From Candidatus Bathyarchaeota archaeon (GTDB lineage Archaea; Thermoproteota; Bathyarchaeia; 40CM-2-53-6), in NCBI GenBank assembly GCA_963835925.1, contig CAWIHH010000004.1, positions 377,289-441,288 on the forward strand: a stretch of 64,000 nucleotides of DNA, read 5' to 3'. Of the stretch, positions 19,618-27,877 are shown piece after piece. Positions within the stretch are counted from its first letter, which is position 1. Each line of letters starts with the position of its first letter. The notes under the pieces were generated by a model. The model did no database searches. It was not told the DNA's origin and was given only the letters and a program-made list of their open reading frames with translations. Both the position numbers and the translations under genes were made by a program.

Positions 19618-20718
19618 TCAGCTCCTTGCCTTTACCGGAGTGTTGCCCCTAGCTCGGGTTACTTTACCTCTGGGTTTCTGCCGCGCTATGGCTCTGCGAG
19701 GAGACGCACGGGTTTTTCGTGACTTCGTGGTCCGCCGCTCATTATTAGCTAGTCTTCCTTCAATATGAAGCACAAGAGCGAGGAAAGCAACTATCCAGAT
19801 TGGGAACAGGATCTCGCCTATCGAATTATGAAAGGCGTCCAGTTCCTGTCCGGTGTATGCGTAGGCGAAGCCATAGTATGCAATTGTGAAAATCCGGATA
19901 ACGTTTAGGAAAATCGTTCCGAGTACGCCAATTGTCGCATAGATAACTTTCCTCTTGAGCGGCGAGTCCAGCTTTGCAGCGAGCAGTATCATGACTAGCG
20001 AGTAAATGAGCATGCTCTGAACTCCCACGCTGGGCCAGTAGACTGCGAGTCTAAAGAAGCCGTGAACTCCGTTGATGGTGAGGAGATTGCTAAAACCGTA
20101 GATTGGGAGTCCGACAAGCCATGCGAGAAAGCCGACCGAGGCCACAATGGAATTAGCCCAGAACTGTAATGGCCCGATGCTTCCGTATGGGAAGAAGGCA
20201 TCGAGTAGGTAGAAGATGAGCATTCCGATCGACAGGATTATTGGAGTGATAACGCCGCGAACCGCTTTCACACCGAAGAGTACTATTGAGAGCACAAGTA
20301 GATACAACGCCATTACGAAGTAATCACTAGCCATTAGCCAACTGTTGCTAACCTGCCCTGACGCACCTAATGTCTTGCCGACCGAATAGATCATCGCCGT
20401 GAACACGGGCAATACGCCAAGCCCTCCAAAATAGACTAGACCCAGCCCCAGAACTATGATGGCCGCGATTAGGTAGGGTCGGTTGAGACGTGGCTTGTGG
20501 TCTTTTCGAAAGTCCCATAGTTCGAACGCCAAGAAAAACAGCACGAAAAAAAGCCCTCCCCGGCCGAGCTTGCCGAACCCTGCCCAGCTGAGTTCGAAAG
20601 TGTCCGGCGCTAGAGCGAATAACACTAGGACTGGAATTGCGGCCAAGATGAGCAGTAAGTCCGCGGATCTGAGGCGGCTAATCAGGGCTGCTTTGAACTG
20701 CTTCCTCGAGTACTGCAT
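19618..20718 (-). CDS. archaeosortase/exosortase-family homologue with Ser in place of the catalytic Cys; long basic C-terminal tail
   Basis: 366 aa, polytopic. It aligns by eye to the small archaeosortase at 33491-34027: VYWPS230VGVQS vs ERMC77TGVQV, LNVIR275I vs ANVAR119I, and AFH297NSIG vs LAH138YPTG, with similar spacings (37/34 and 20/17 residues). The codon at 20029-20031 is AGC. The last 45 aa are Arg/Lys-rich. Confidence 0.6.
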   Translation of the reverse strand: MQYSRKQFKAALISRLRSADLLLILAAIPVLVLFALAPDTFELSWAGFGKLGRGGLFFVLFFLAFELWDFRKDHKPRLNRPYLIAAIIVLGLGLVYFGGLGVLPVFTAMIYSVGKTLGASGQVSNSWLMASDYFVMALYLLVLSIVLFGVKAVRGVITPIILSIGMLIFYLLDAFFPYGSIGPLQFWANSIVASVGFLAWLVGLPIYGFSNLLTINGVHGFFRLAVYWPSVGVQSMLIYSLVMILLAAKLDSPLKRKVIYATIGVLGTIFLNVIRIFTIAYYGFAYAYTGQELDAFHNSIGEILFPIWIVAFLALVLHIEGRLANNERRTTKSRKTRASPRRAIARQKPRGKVTRARGNTPVKARS

Positions 20719-20742
20719 GTGCTGCCGCCAGAGATGAGCCTG

Positions 20743-21492
20743 TCAGAAGATTCTGTCTTTCGGGAACACTTCTACGCCAGATTCGGAGATTTGATAGGGC
20801 CGGAGCTGAGTATCATGCGCGACCCCTCTCATCTTCTCAATTTGTATTCCTCGAATCACGTTTCCGTCATGAACCATAGTATGCAAAAGCACAACACCTT
20901 CAGAGAGAAATTCCTCAAGCTGAAATCTACGCTCAAGGACTGATGTTCGAAGCTCACTTATCATCAGACACGAGCATCCTGTTGACTCAAGTGCATCAAA
21001 AAAGAGCAGCAGCGCCTTTCTCCGCTTAACTTCCTCCGGGTATCGAAGCATGAGCGAAGTTATGGGGTCAACAATAATCCTCTGCGTTCCCTCCTCCGCG
21101 GCGATGCGCCTAATCGTTCTCAACAATGAGCCTAACGTCACTTCCGGTAGTGTCAAGGTGATTCGATCTTCTGGGCTAACCATACCCTGACCAATTCTGT
21201 TCGACGGCTTCCGCAGCTCGGTCGCGTCTATGAACGTAATCTTGCCATCATGCTCCAAAGCATCCAAATTCCAGCCAAACGAGGACAGGTTTGCTTTCAT
21301 TCGTTCCGGCTTTTCTTCCAGCGATATATACAGCCCAGGTTCACCCAAGTTTCCCCCGCCGACCAGGAACTGCATACCAAACGTAGTTTTTCCGGATCCT
21401 GGGCTCCCAACAACCAGAATCGTCCGCCCCTTCAGAAGACCACCGTGGAGCATCTCGTCGAGCCCTTTGATTCCTGTAGTGACACGGTCCAA
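20743..21492 (-). CDS. KaiC/RecA-superfamily ATPase (single-domain, archaeal KaiC-like)
   Basis: 249 aa. Has TGIKGLDEMLHGGLLKGRTILVVGSPGSGKTTFGMQF (Walker A), a Walker B region (RIIVDPITSL) and the IQIEKMRG..H tail typical of PF06745-type ATPases. Confidence 0.8.
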   Translation of the reverse strand: MDRVTTGIKGLDEMLHGGLLKGRTILVVGSPGSGKTTFGMQFLVGGGNLGEPGLYISLEEKPERMKANLSSFGWNLDALEHDGKITFIDATELRKPSNRIGQGMVSPEDRITLTLPEVTLGSLLRTIRRIAAEEGTQRIIVDPITSLMLRYPEEVKRRKALLLFFDALESTGCSCLMISELRTSVLERRFQLEEFLSEGVVLLHTMVHDGNVIRGIQIEKMRGVAHDTQLRPYQISESGVEVFPKDRIF

Positions 21493-21642
21493 TGTAATCT
21501 GACTCAGTTTAATTCAACAACCTTACAGAGGTCAGTATTAATTCATTCTTTCTAACGGCGCCAACTGAACACAATCACATTCTTCGAGCCATCCTCAAAA
21601 GTCGACGCGCATGGCGCGGACTGTCGTCTTGTTTTCGTGAAT

Positions 21643-21649
21643 AAAAAAA
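21643..21649 (-). terminator. oligo-T tract downstream of the PEF-CTERM giant gene
   Basis: A T7 run on the minus strand about 32 nt after the stop at 21681-21683. A flanking 6-bp inverted repeat (cgtctt/aagacg) lies around it. Archaeal terminators are typically oligo-T. Confidence 0.35.
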
Positions 21650-21680
21650 GACGGAAAAAGGGAGGGTACGCTCGCAGTGC

Positions 21681-24600
21681 CTATTGGCGTCTGCGGCGTA
21701 GTAGGTATAGTGATGCTGCAAGCGCTGATAGTGCTACGACTGCTATTCCGCTGAACTCTGGGACTGGAATGTTGCTTTGCGGCAATCCAACGTTATTACC
21801 AGAGCCTGGAACGGACGACTGCCCGCTCGTGACACTGATAGTGCCCATTGGTGTTGATCTGTATCCTGGACCTGACATGCTCATACTGTACGTGCCTGGA
21901 ACCAAGTAGAATTCGTAGATGCCATCCTCCGTGTACGATGCGAACGAGGGACCTGTTGCGTTCCCTACCGCCGCGCCTTGCACGGTTACTGTGTACCAGC
22001 TGATGGATCTGAACTCATTGCTCCAGGTGAACGCTAGCGCTGTTCCTGAAATGTATCCGTTCAGGTCGACTTCCCAGATTGCACTGCTCTCTCCGCTCAG
22101 TGGTGCGTTGGTGAAAGTCCACACGCCCTGCTGGCTGTATGGGCCTAGATGGTTGGCGACCATTGAGTGGCCGAGGAAGTACTTGTCCAGTGCCCCGTCT
22201 TCAGTTAAGCTGATGTGGCTTGTTGCTGCTGTGCCTGGAATGATGTGGAACGATTCTCCCATTAGGAGACCTGGAACCACTGGATAGAAGTTGTTGAAGT
22301 AGCTATTGGCTTTGATTAGCTCGTGCTGGCTTATTGGACTGACTGCGGATGGGTCTTGTGGGACCATTGAGTCGTTGAGGTACCAGTTGACGAAGTCTGA
22401 CTCGGCAGTCCAACCCGTACCAGTATAGTCGGGTTGTCCGAGTATGCCTTGGTTGGCGAAGTGTGCTTTGGCAACGGACCAGTAATCGGCTGGCCAATTG
22501 TCAATTTCGAAGTCGCTGCCTGTGCCTGGTGTGAAGACTGGGTCGCCGTACGAAGCGTAAGGAGGAAGACCTGCTGTCTGGATGTGAAGCTGAGTCACTC
22601 CGCCTGGCACGTAGTTCAAGCCACCACCGATTGGGTAGCTAGCGGCCGTCAGTTGAGTGTTGTCCGCTGCTCTAGCTCTACCGTTGCTTGATCCTGGACT
22701 GCCAGTGATGACTGCATTACCGTTGATGTATGTAGTACCGTAGGTGTAGACGCCTTCGCTTGACATCCATTCTGCGACTAGTCTGCCTGAGTCGTCGAAG
22801 AAGCGTACTCTCGCTGACATGTTGTAAGGTGTTCCAGTGACCAAATGCTCCTTCTTGAAGATTATGTCCAATGTCAGGTTTACGCCGATTAGAAGGTTAA
22901 TTTTCATGTCGGCGATTTGGCCCTTGTTAACGTAGATCGCGTAATCTTTGTCTTGTATGTAGCCGTAGGTTTGGCCTTGGAAGAAGTATTGACCGGAATC
23001 GAGTGCTCCTGGGTATAGGTGGCTATCGGTGAACAGGCCCCAAGCGTTCTTGGCGCTGCCGACGGTGAACACGTCATAACTCCACATGTATCCACCAACG
23101 TCACTACCTGTACCTGCAGGACAGCTTAGGCTGGTGCAGGCATTACCTGTCTTCGTTACGGGTATAGCCTCATCGTTGTCTCCAGCGAAGTAGGCGACTT
23201 CTTTTCCGAACCAGACATATTTCGCGTTGCCTGTTCCTCTGCCTTCTATCTCGCTAAAGTATGTTGAGCGGTTCTGGAAGTAACCTATAGTCCCGAAAGC
23301 GTTGCCCGCTTTGTTTAGCCCTGCTTCATCTCCTGTACAAACGTAACATGCGGCTGCGACGAAGCTGTATTTGCTGTCGTAGACTCCGATGCTGATGTCC
23401 TTGCCGTTCCAGACCCAGTTACGATTAACTCTAGGTCTTTCCCAGTCAATGCTGTACACGGTGAAGTTGAAACCAACACCACGATACAAATGATTACTGA
23501 CTAGAATTGGAGTTCCACTGAGTGTGACTGAGACTAGGTCCTGGGTTTGTTGTAGGTAACCTAACGCTTGCACCTTCGGTCTATAGGTGCCAGCTGGGAT
23601 ACCGTAATTTTGTCCAAGCCAAGTGCTGTTGAACCCGTAGAAGGTAACATACGAGTTACCGTACTGGTTCATGTAATTGATATTCGCTTGCTGCTGCGCT
23701 AATAGATTGTTCGTGTACGTCGTGCCGTACGCTAGACCGGTGAAATCCGTGAATACAGGTTGAGCAGTTGCGCATGGGTATTGAGTGGTACCGCAGAGCA
23801 ATGTTTGGTTGTAAGAGTACAATACGCCTGATCGGGAATCCAGTAGACTACCAACCAGAACATTTGCGCCCGTATCGATTGGACTTGTAACTAATGTTCC
23901 TGCGTTGTCGTGGAAGTGAACTGTCTTGTTAACCCAACTGCTAATCCTGAGGTCGAGTGGAATCGAAATGTCACCAGCCCACTCGTTCGGAGTGACCTGG
24001 AACGAATATTCTTGGAATGTTGCGCCGTCAATGGCGGTTTGAACGTATCGGAAGACCCACGCGCGAACGTAGTATCTTCCAGCCGTCAACCCGTTAACCC
24101 ATGTGGCGTAGCGTTGTGGAACGTGTCCATCAAGGTCTCTGGGAGCACCGAACATGCCTTTCTCTCCGAACTCATAATGGAACTTGTCGTTAACACCGTC
24201 AGCGACAACATACCAATTCTGAGCCGGACCAACACCCTCTGGATCAGTGGATGGCGTTGCTCCGGTGAACACTCCACCAGGGCCGCCAAGAACTTGGTTC
24301 CAGTAGGTATCGGGGGCGCCGATGCCGCTAATAGGGGCACCTCCCCATGGGAAGGCGATTTTCTGAGCTGTTCGTGGATCTCCACAAGCATTTGCGTCAT
24401 CTCCTGGGTAGTAGTTTGTTTGACCGCCCGCGACGCATGGTAGCGGGGACCAGGAGACTAGGCTAGCGTTTGAGCTGGGTACGTTGTTGACTGTGGGTTT
24501 ATCGTAAAGTTCAATCTTAATGTACTCTCTTCCCGGACCGTTGGTACCAGTGAACTGTCCTATTCCATTAAAGCAGGCGCTAACACTAGCACAGTATCCG

Positions 24601-25193
24601 TCAGCAGTGTAGGGTCCTGTATCACCGTAGAAAGGCCATGGTTCTGATCCGAAAGCGTGTTTACTGAACACGTCTCCGTGAATTACTGGACCAGGGTTCA
24701 AGTATCCATCAAAGTGCAACGATTGCCCCTTGAGAACCTGAACGTTAGTGGCGATTGGTGTAAGCGGATATCCAGCAGCCTCAGCGTAGAGGGTGTAAAC
24801 GCCTGGCGCAACACCTTCCACCTCATAATGGCCGTCAGATGTTTCGTTGAAGTAGCCGACTGCATCAGCACAACCAACCGCAGAAGGATTGCTCGCCTTA
24901 GTGCAGTCAACCACACTCTTGCCAGTGTACGGATCAAACTTGGTCTGCATTTGAGCCCAAACTTTACCCGCCAATTCAACTGGTTGACCGTAGAGTGTTG
25001 AGTTGTAACCACCGTACTTGATTGTTCCAGTAATGATGGATGGATCAAGCTCACCCTTCACAAGCAGCACAGGCCAGTTAGGAGTAGGAACCCAACCTGA
25101 TGGGTCAGCTGTGCCTGTCTGGGCATTTAGTGGACCGGTAAGGGTACTGGGTATAATTCCAGCGCCGTTCGGTCCAACGCTTTGGGACGTCAC
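21681..25193 (-). CDS. giant PEF-CTERM surface (S-layer-like) glycoprotein candidate
   Basis: 1170 aa, rich in Tyr/Gly/Thr/Asn with many N-x-S/T sequons. It has repeated G.Y..... motifs (GVAPGVYTLYAEAAGY, IPAGTYRPKVQALGY, LVPGTYSMSMSGPGY) like carboxypeptidase-regulatory/Ig-like modules. The C-terminus is NIPVPEF-SGIAVVALSALAASLYLL-RRRRQ. There is no N-terminal signal peptide in this ORF (see finding). Confidence 0.75.
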   Translation of the reverse strand: MTSQSVGPNGAGIIPSTLTGPLNAQTGTADPSGWVPTPNWPVLLVKGELDPSIITGTIKYGGYNSTLYGQPVELAGKVWAQMQTKFDPYTGKSVVDCTKASNPSAVGCADAVGYFNETSDGHYEVEGVAPGVYTLYAEAAGYPLTPIATNVQVLKGQSLHFDGYLNPGPVIHGDVFSKHAFGSEPWPFYGDTGPYTADGYCASVSACFNGIGQFTGTNGPGREYIKIELYDKPTVNNVPSSNASLVSWSPLPCVAGGQTNYYPGDDANACGDPRTAQKIAFPWGGAPISGIGAPDTYWNQVLGGPGGVFTGATPSTDPEGVGPAQNWYVVADGVNDKFHYEFGEKGMFGAPRDLDGHVPQRYATWVNGLTAGRYYVRAWVFRYVQTAIDGATFQEYSFQVTPNEWAGDISIPLDLRISSWVNKTVHFHDNAGTLVTSPIDTGANVLVGSLLDSRSGVLYSYNQTLLCGTTQYPCATAQPVFTDFTGLAYGTTYTNNLLAQQQANINYMNQYGNSYVTFYGFNSTWLGQNYGIPAGTYRPKVQALGYLQQTQDLVSVTLSGTPILVSNHLYRGVGFNFTVYSIDWERPRVNRNWVWNGKDISIGVYDSKYSFVAAACYVCTGDEAGLNKAGNAFGTIGYFQNRSTYFSEIEGRGTGNAKYVWFGKEVAYFAGDNDEAIPVTKTGNACTSLSCPAGTGSDVGGYMWSYDVFTVGSAKNAWGLFTDSHLYPGALDSGQYFFQGQTYGYIQDKDYAIYVNKGQIADMKINLLIGVNLTLDIIFKKEHLVTGTPYNMSARVRFFDDSGRLVAEWMSSEGVYTYGTTYINGNAVITGSPGSSNGRARAADNTQLTAASYPIGGGLNYVPGGVTQLHIQTAGLPPYASYGDPVFTPGTGSDFEIDNWPADYWSVAKAHFANQGILGQPDYTGTGWTAESDFVNWYLNDSMVPQDPSAVSPISQHELIKANSYFNNFYPVVPGLLMGESFHIIPGTAATSHISLTEDGALDKYFLGHSMVANHLGPYSQQGVWTFTNAPLSGESSAIWEVDLNGYISGTALAFTWSNEFRSISWYTVTVQGAAVGNATGPSFASYTEDGIYEFYLVPGTYSMSMSGPGYRSTPMGTISVTSGQSSVPGSGNNVGLPQSNIPVPEFSGIAVVALSALAASLYLLRRRRQ
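21684..21761 (-). other. PEF-CTERM tripartite sorting signal
   Basis: A PEF motif, a 17-18 residue hydrophobic helix and an RRRRQ cluster at the extreme C-terminus. Confidence 0.8.
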
Positions 25194-25963
25194 TGGTTAG
25201 CGTCTTCCAGGAACATTTTGAAGAAGTATCTGCCAGCGATCGTTGGTGCAGTTACACCGTTGACTCTAACATAATACCATTCATCTTGTCCCGTGTAGAA
25301 GTGAATTGGGTTATTCCCGCCGTTGCATGCCCCGTCCGCACACGTTCCTGTATCAGCGAGGATTCTGATTAGAGTCCAGCCTGGAACGTATCGGTCGTAT
25401 GCATTAGCAGTGAAAGTCCAAATGTTCGCGTAATTGTTTGTGATGGTTGTAACGACTTGTTCAGGTGTGTTTGGAACTTTGAACTCAGGAGGGATAGCGA
25501 TCCAGAGTGCGCTGTACTGGCACGTAGGTCCCGGGCAACTGGCCCATGTTCCGGTGCGGTTGATTGCGAAGATCAAGTCACCCGTCGAACCGACCACAAT
25601 AGCGCCGAAAGGCGCGTACTCATCACCGTCAGATTGGGCATAGTTCTGAGACCAAATGGTTGGGTAGAGACCTGCTTTCGTTAAGGCGTTGACTGGATAT
25701 GGTGCGACATATCCGGGTCCTACAATCTTCAAAGTGTTAGGTACACTTCCAGTTGGAGAACCGTCGTATGTGTCTTCACCACCACCAGGCCAAACATACC
25801 CAATTACGCCTGGGATGTGCGGATCAAAGTTCGTCACTGTGTATGGGTAAGCGCCTTCGTTGTTCAACCCAAGCGTAAAGTGCGCTTGGACTGGAGCGAG
25901 GATTGCGATTGTACTTAGTAGGAATATTGCTATAGTTAGACTTGCAGCTAATTTCTTATTCAA
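25190..25963 (-). CDS. secreted protein (signal peptide), possibly the N-terminal part of the PEF-CTERM giant protein
   Basis: 257 aa, TTG start, with signal peptide LTIAIFLLSTIAILAPVQA-H and no anchor. It ends AGRYFFKMFLEDANQ* and overlaps the GTG of the next ORF by GTGA. Its composition is similar to the 1170-aa ORF, and it has a related motif (AGRYFFKMF vs AGRYYVRAWVF). Confidence 0.55.
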   Translation of the reverse strand: MNKKLAASLTIAIFLLSTIAILAPVQAHFTLGLNNEGAYPYTVTNFDPHIPGVIGYVWPGGGEDTYDGSPTGSVPNTLKIVGPGYVAPYPVNALTKAGLYPTIWSQNYAQSDGDEYAPFGAIVVGSTGDLIFAINRTGTWASCPGPTCQYSALWIAIPPEFKVPNTPEQVVTTITNNYANIWTFTANAYDRYVPGWTLIRILADTGTCADGACNGGNNPIHFYTGQDEWYYVRVNGVTAPTIAGRYFFKMFLEDANQ

Positions 25964-26039
25964 ATTTTCATTTACTCCTTTAATTCATTTGGAATGCGCA
26001 CATTCTGCGCGCACAAAAGGCTCCTAGCTCCCCAATGCG

Positions 26040-26047
26040 TATATAAG
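26040..26047 (-). promoter_or_regulatory. strong TATA box (CTTATATA) for the surface-protein operon
   Basis: Minus-strand cttatata lies about 77-84 nt upstream of the TTG start at 25963. An AAAGGAG Shine-Dalgarno-like element sits close to the start. The GAATG-CGCA-CATTC palindrome (25992-26005) lies between them. Confidence 0.45.
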
Positions 26048-26130
26048 AGCGATAGTTGGGTTCCGACACATACGCCGATTCAATCTGAACCGTCTTTGTT
26101 CCAGGCCGGCAGACGTTTCACCACATTTTT

Positions 26131-27655
26131 CTACGAGCGCCCAAAATTTGGATTTTGTGCTTGAAAGCCAACCGCGCTGGCTCGTCTCTTTGCGACGCTG
26201 CGCGATCGGGTTTTGACTTTCGCTCTAGGTTTAGAGCGTTTCGCTCTCAGAGTCAAGGCGCCCGCAAGGAGAACGATTGCGATGATCGCGATTATTCCGT
26301 ATATGAAATCTGAGCGTTGTTCCACTGGGGGTTGAGTTAATGTGGTTATTTCTACGGTTTCTTGCGTTGTTTGTTCCATGGTTGTGGAAGGCGTTCGACG
26401 CCGTAACTGTTGCGAACGAGACTGGGTATTCTCCTGGAATGCTTACGTACGCGGCCCTTACCAAAGCGTACAGTGCTAGTGCATCAACGCCAAGATCAGC
26501 GTACCCGATGGTACCGTTACGATCAATTCCTGCATAGAACCCTCCACCGCCAGCGGGGCCCGTTGCACTCTGCAGGTCCGTGGAAAGTTCATTTTTCCCA
26601 GTTATCCAATCATACAATCTTGACGAATCATTCCAGTAAACCTCGGGACCGAGGTTGATCCAAACATCCACCGTCGCTTGAAGTACCGACGTCACACCCA
26701 TGGTTGTCTTCGGGTATGAGATCACACCTCCAGTTCCCCTTCCGTATGCTATGCCACCCCAAGAGTCGAAGAGTCTCTCCACGAAACCAACCATCCAGTC
26801 AATCATCACCTGCTTGAGATCTGTGATGGATGGTTGGAAGTCTTGAAGGAGCAGTGAGGCTGCCTTGTAGTAGCTGTTCAACCCGAACATGATGAGTCCA
26901 TTCTCGAAGGAAGGTTGAAGTGTCCTGCTTTGGTCGGAGTAGAATCCCCCAAAGCCCCAAACGGAACTGTTTTTCTCCTGAAATGAAAACAGCCAGCTCG
27001 CGATGTTCTGGGCCAACTTGGCATATTTAGTTGCGAGATTTCCGTCTCCCCAGCTATGTTCGAACAGCGCGATATAGGTGAGGCTCACGAGGAGCGCTGC
27101 GTTCGCTGCAATATCAGCTCTGGTCGTCCCATCGGAAAAAGAGAACACTACCGCACCATCGTTATTCTGAGCGGAGACAACCCATGAGTCTACGCATTTC
27201 CTGAGGATGTCGATCACACCCGCCCAATATGTTTTCTCAGCTTGGTCTTGACTTGTGATTACAAATGCCGCGTATGCTGGTCCCATCATTGCATACGAAT
27301 TCCAAGAATAGAGCCGTCCTCCGTTGCTCCAGCTTTGGTTGTTGAGATCGAAATACTCATAGAAATCTCCGGAAGCAGTTTGCGCTCTTCCAATGAAATC
27401 CGCTGAAGTTTTGATATACGAATAGGAATCTTGGGAGTAATGCGTTTCCTGATAAGCTGAAAGAGCCAAAGCTACTAGACTGGCGTCTTCCGAGTACATT
27501 CTTCCAGGCTCCCCTGTACCGGGTGCATGTAAGAAACCTCGCGCCTGAGAAGTGGCGTGCAGCTGGTCCTCGATGAATCCTATCTCTGATCTGAGCCTAT
27601 CCTCAATCCCGCGAGTGGCAGCACCGTGAGCAGAACTAAAGGAACTTACGAACAA
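26131..27655 (-). CDS. secreted repeat-helical (possibly alpha/alpha-toroid) protein with Thr-rich linker and C-terminal anchor; frame broken once (fragments 26231-27655 and 26131-26379)
   Basis: The 474-aa ORF ends in a low-complexity, out-of-frame-looking tail. The overlapping frame reads TTMEQTTQETVEITTLTQPPVEQRSDF-IYGIIAIIAIVLLAGALTL-RAKRSKPRAK, which is a linker, a helix and a basic tail. The body has many W/Y/G-rich helical repeats, and its function is unknown. A signal-like NIKRFFALFAILLL continues in frame upstream of the first canonical start. Confidence 0.45.
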
Positions 27656-27877
27656 GAGTAGGATTGCAAAGAGGGCGAAAAATCGTTTGATGTTCGTCTC
27701 GCGCTCCCTCCTCAGTCGCCTATGTACCTCTCAGAATTGCAGGTTATAATTTCCTTTCCGTCTGGAACCCGGTTGCACATGAGCAGACCCAACGAGCATT
27801 CTAGAGCGGCGAAAAGCTACGCGAACTACGCGAATCTCCAATAACCCTAAATTGGGACGAAGAAGTACCGCCCGTGG

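Noticed and set aside
26131-26379. The 82-aa ORF as an independent small membrane protein.
   Set aside because: It overlaps the 3' end of the 474-aa ORF, begins with a Thr-rich linker and looks like the missing anchor of that protein after a frame slip.
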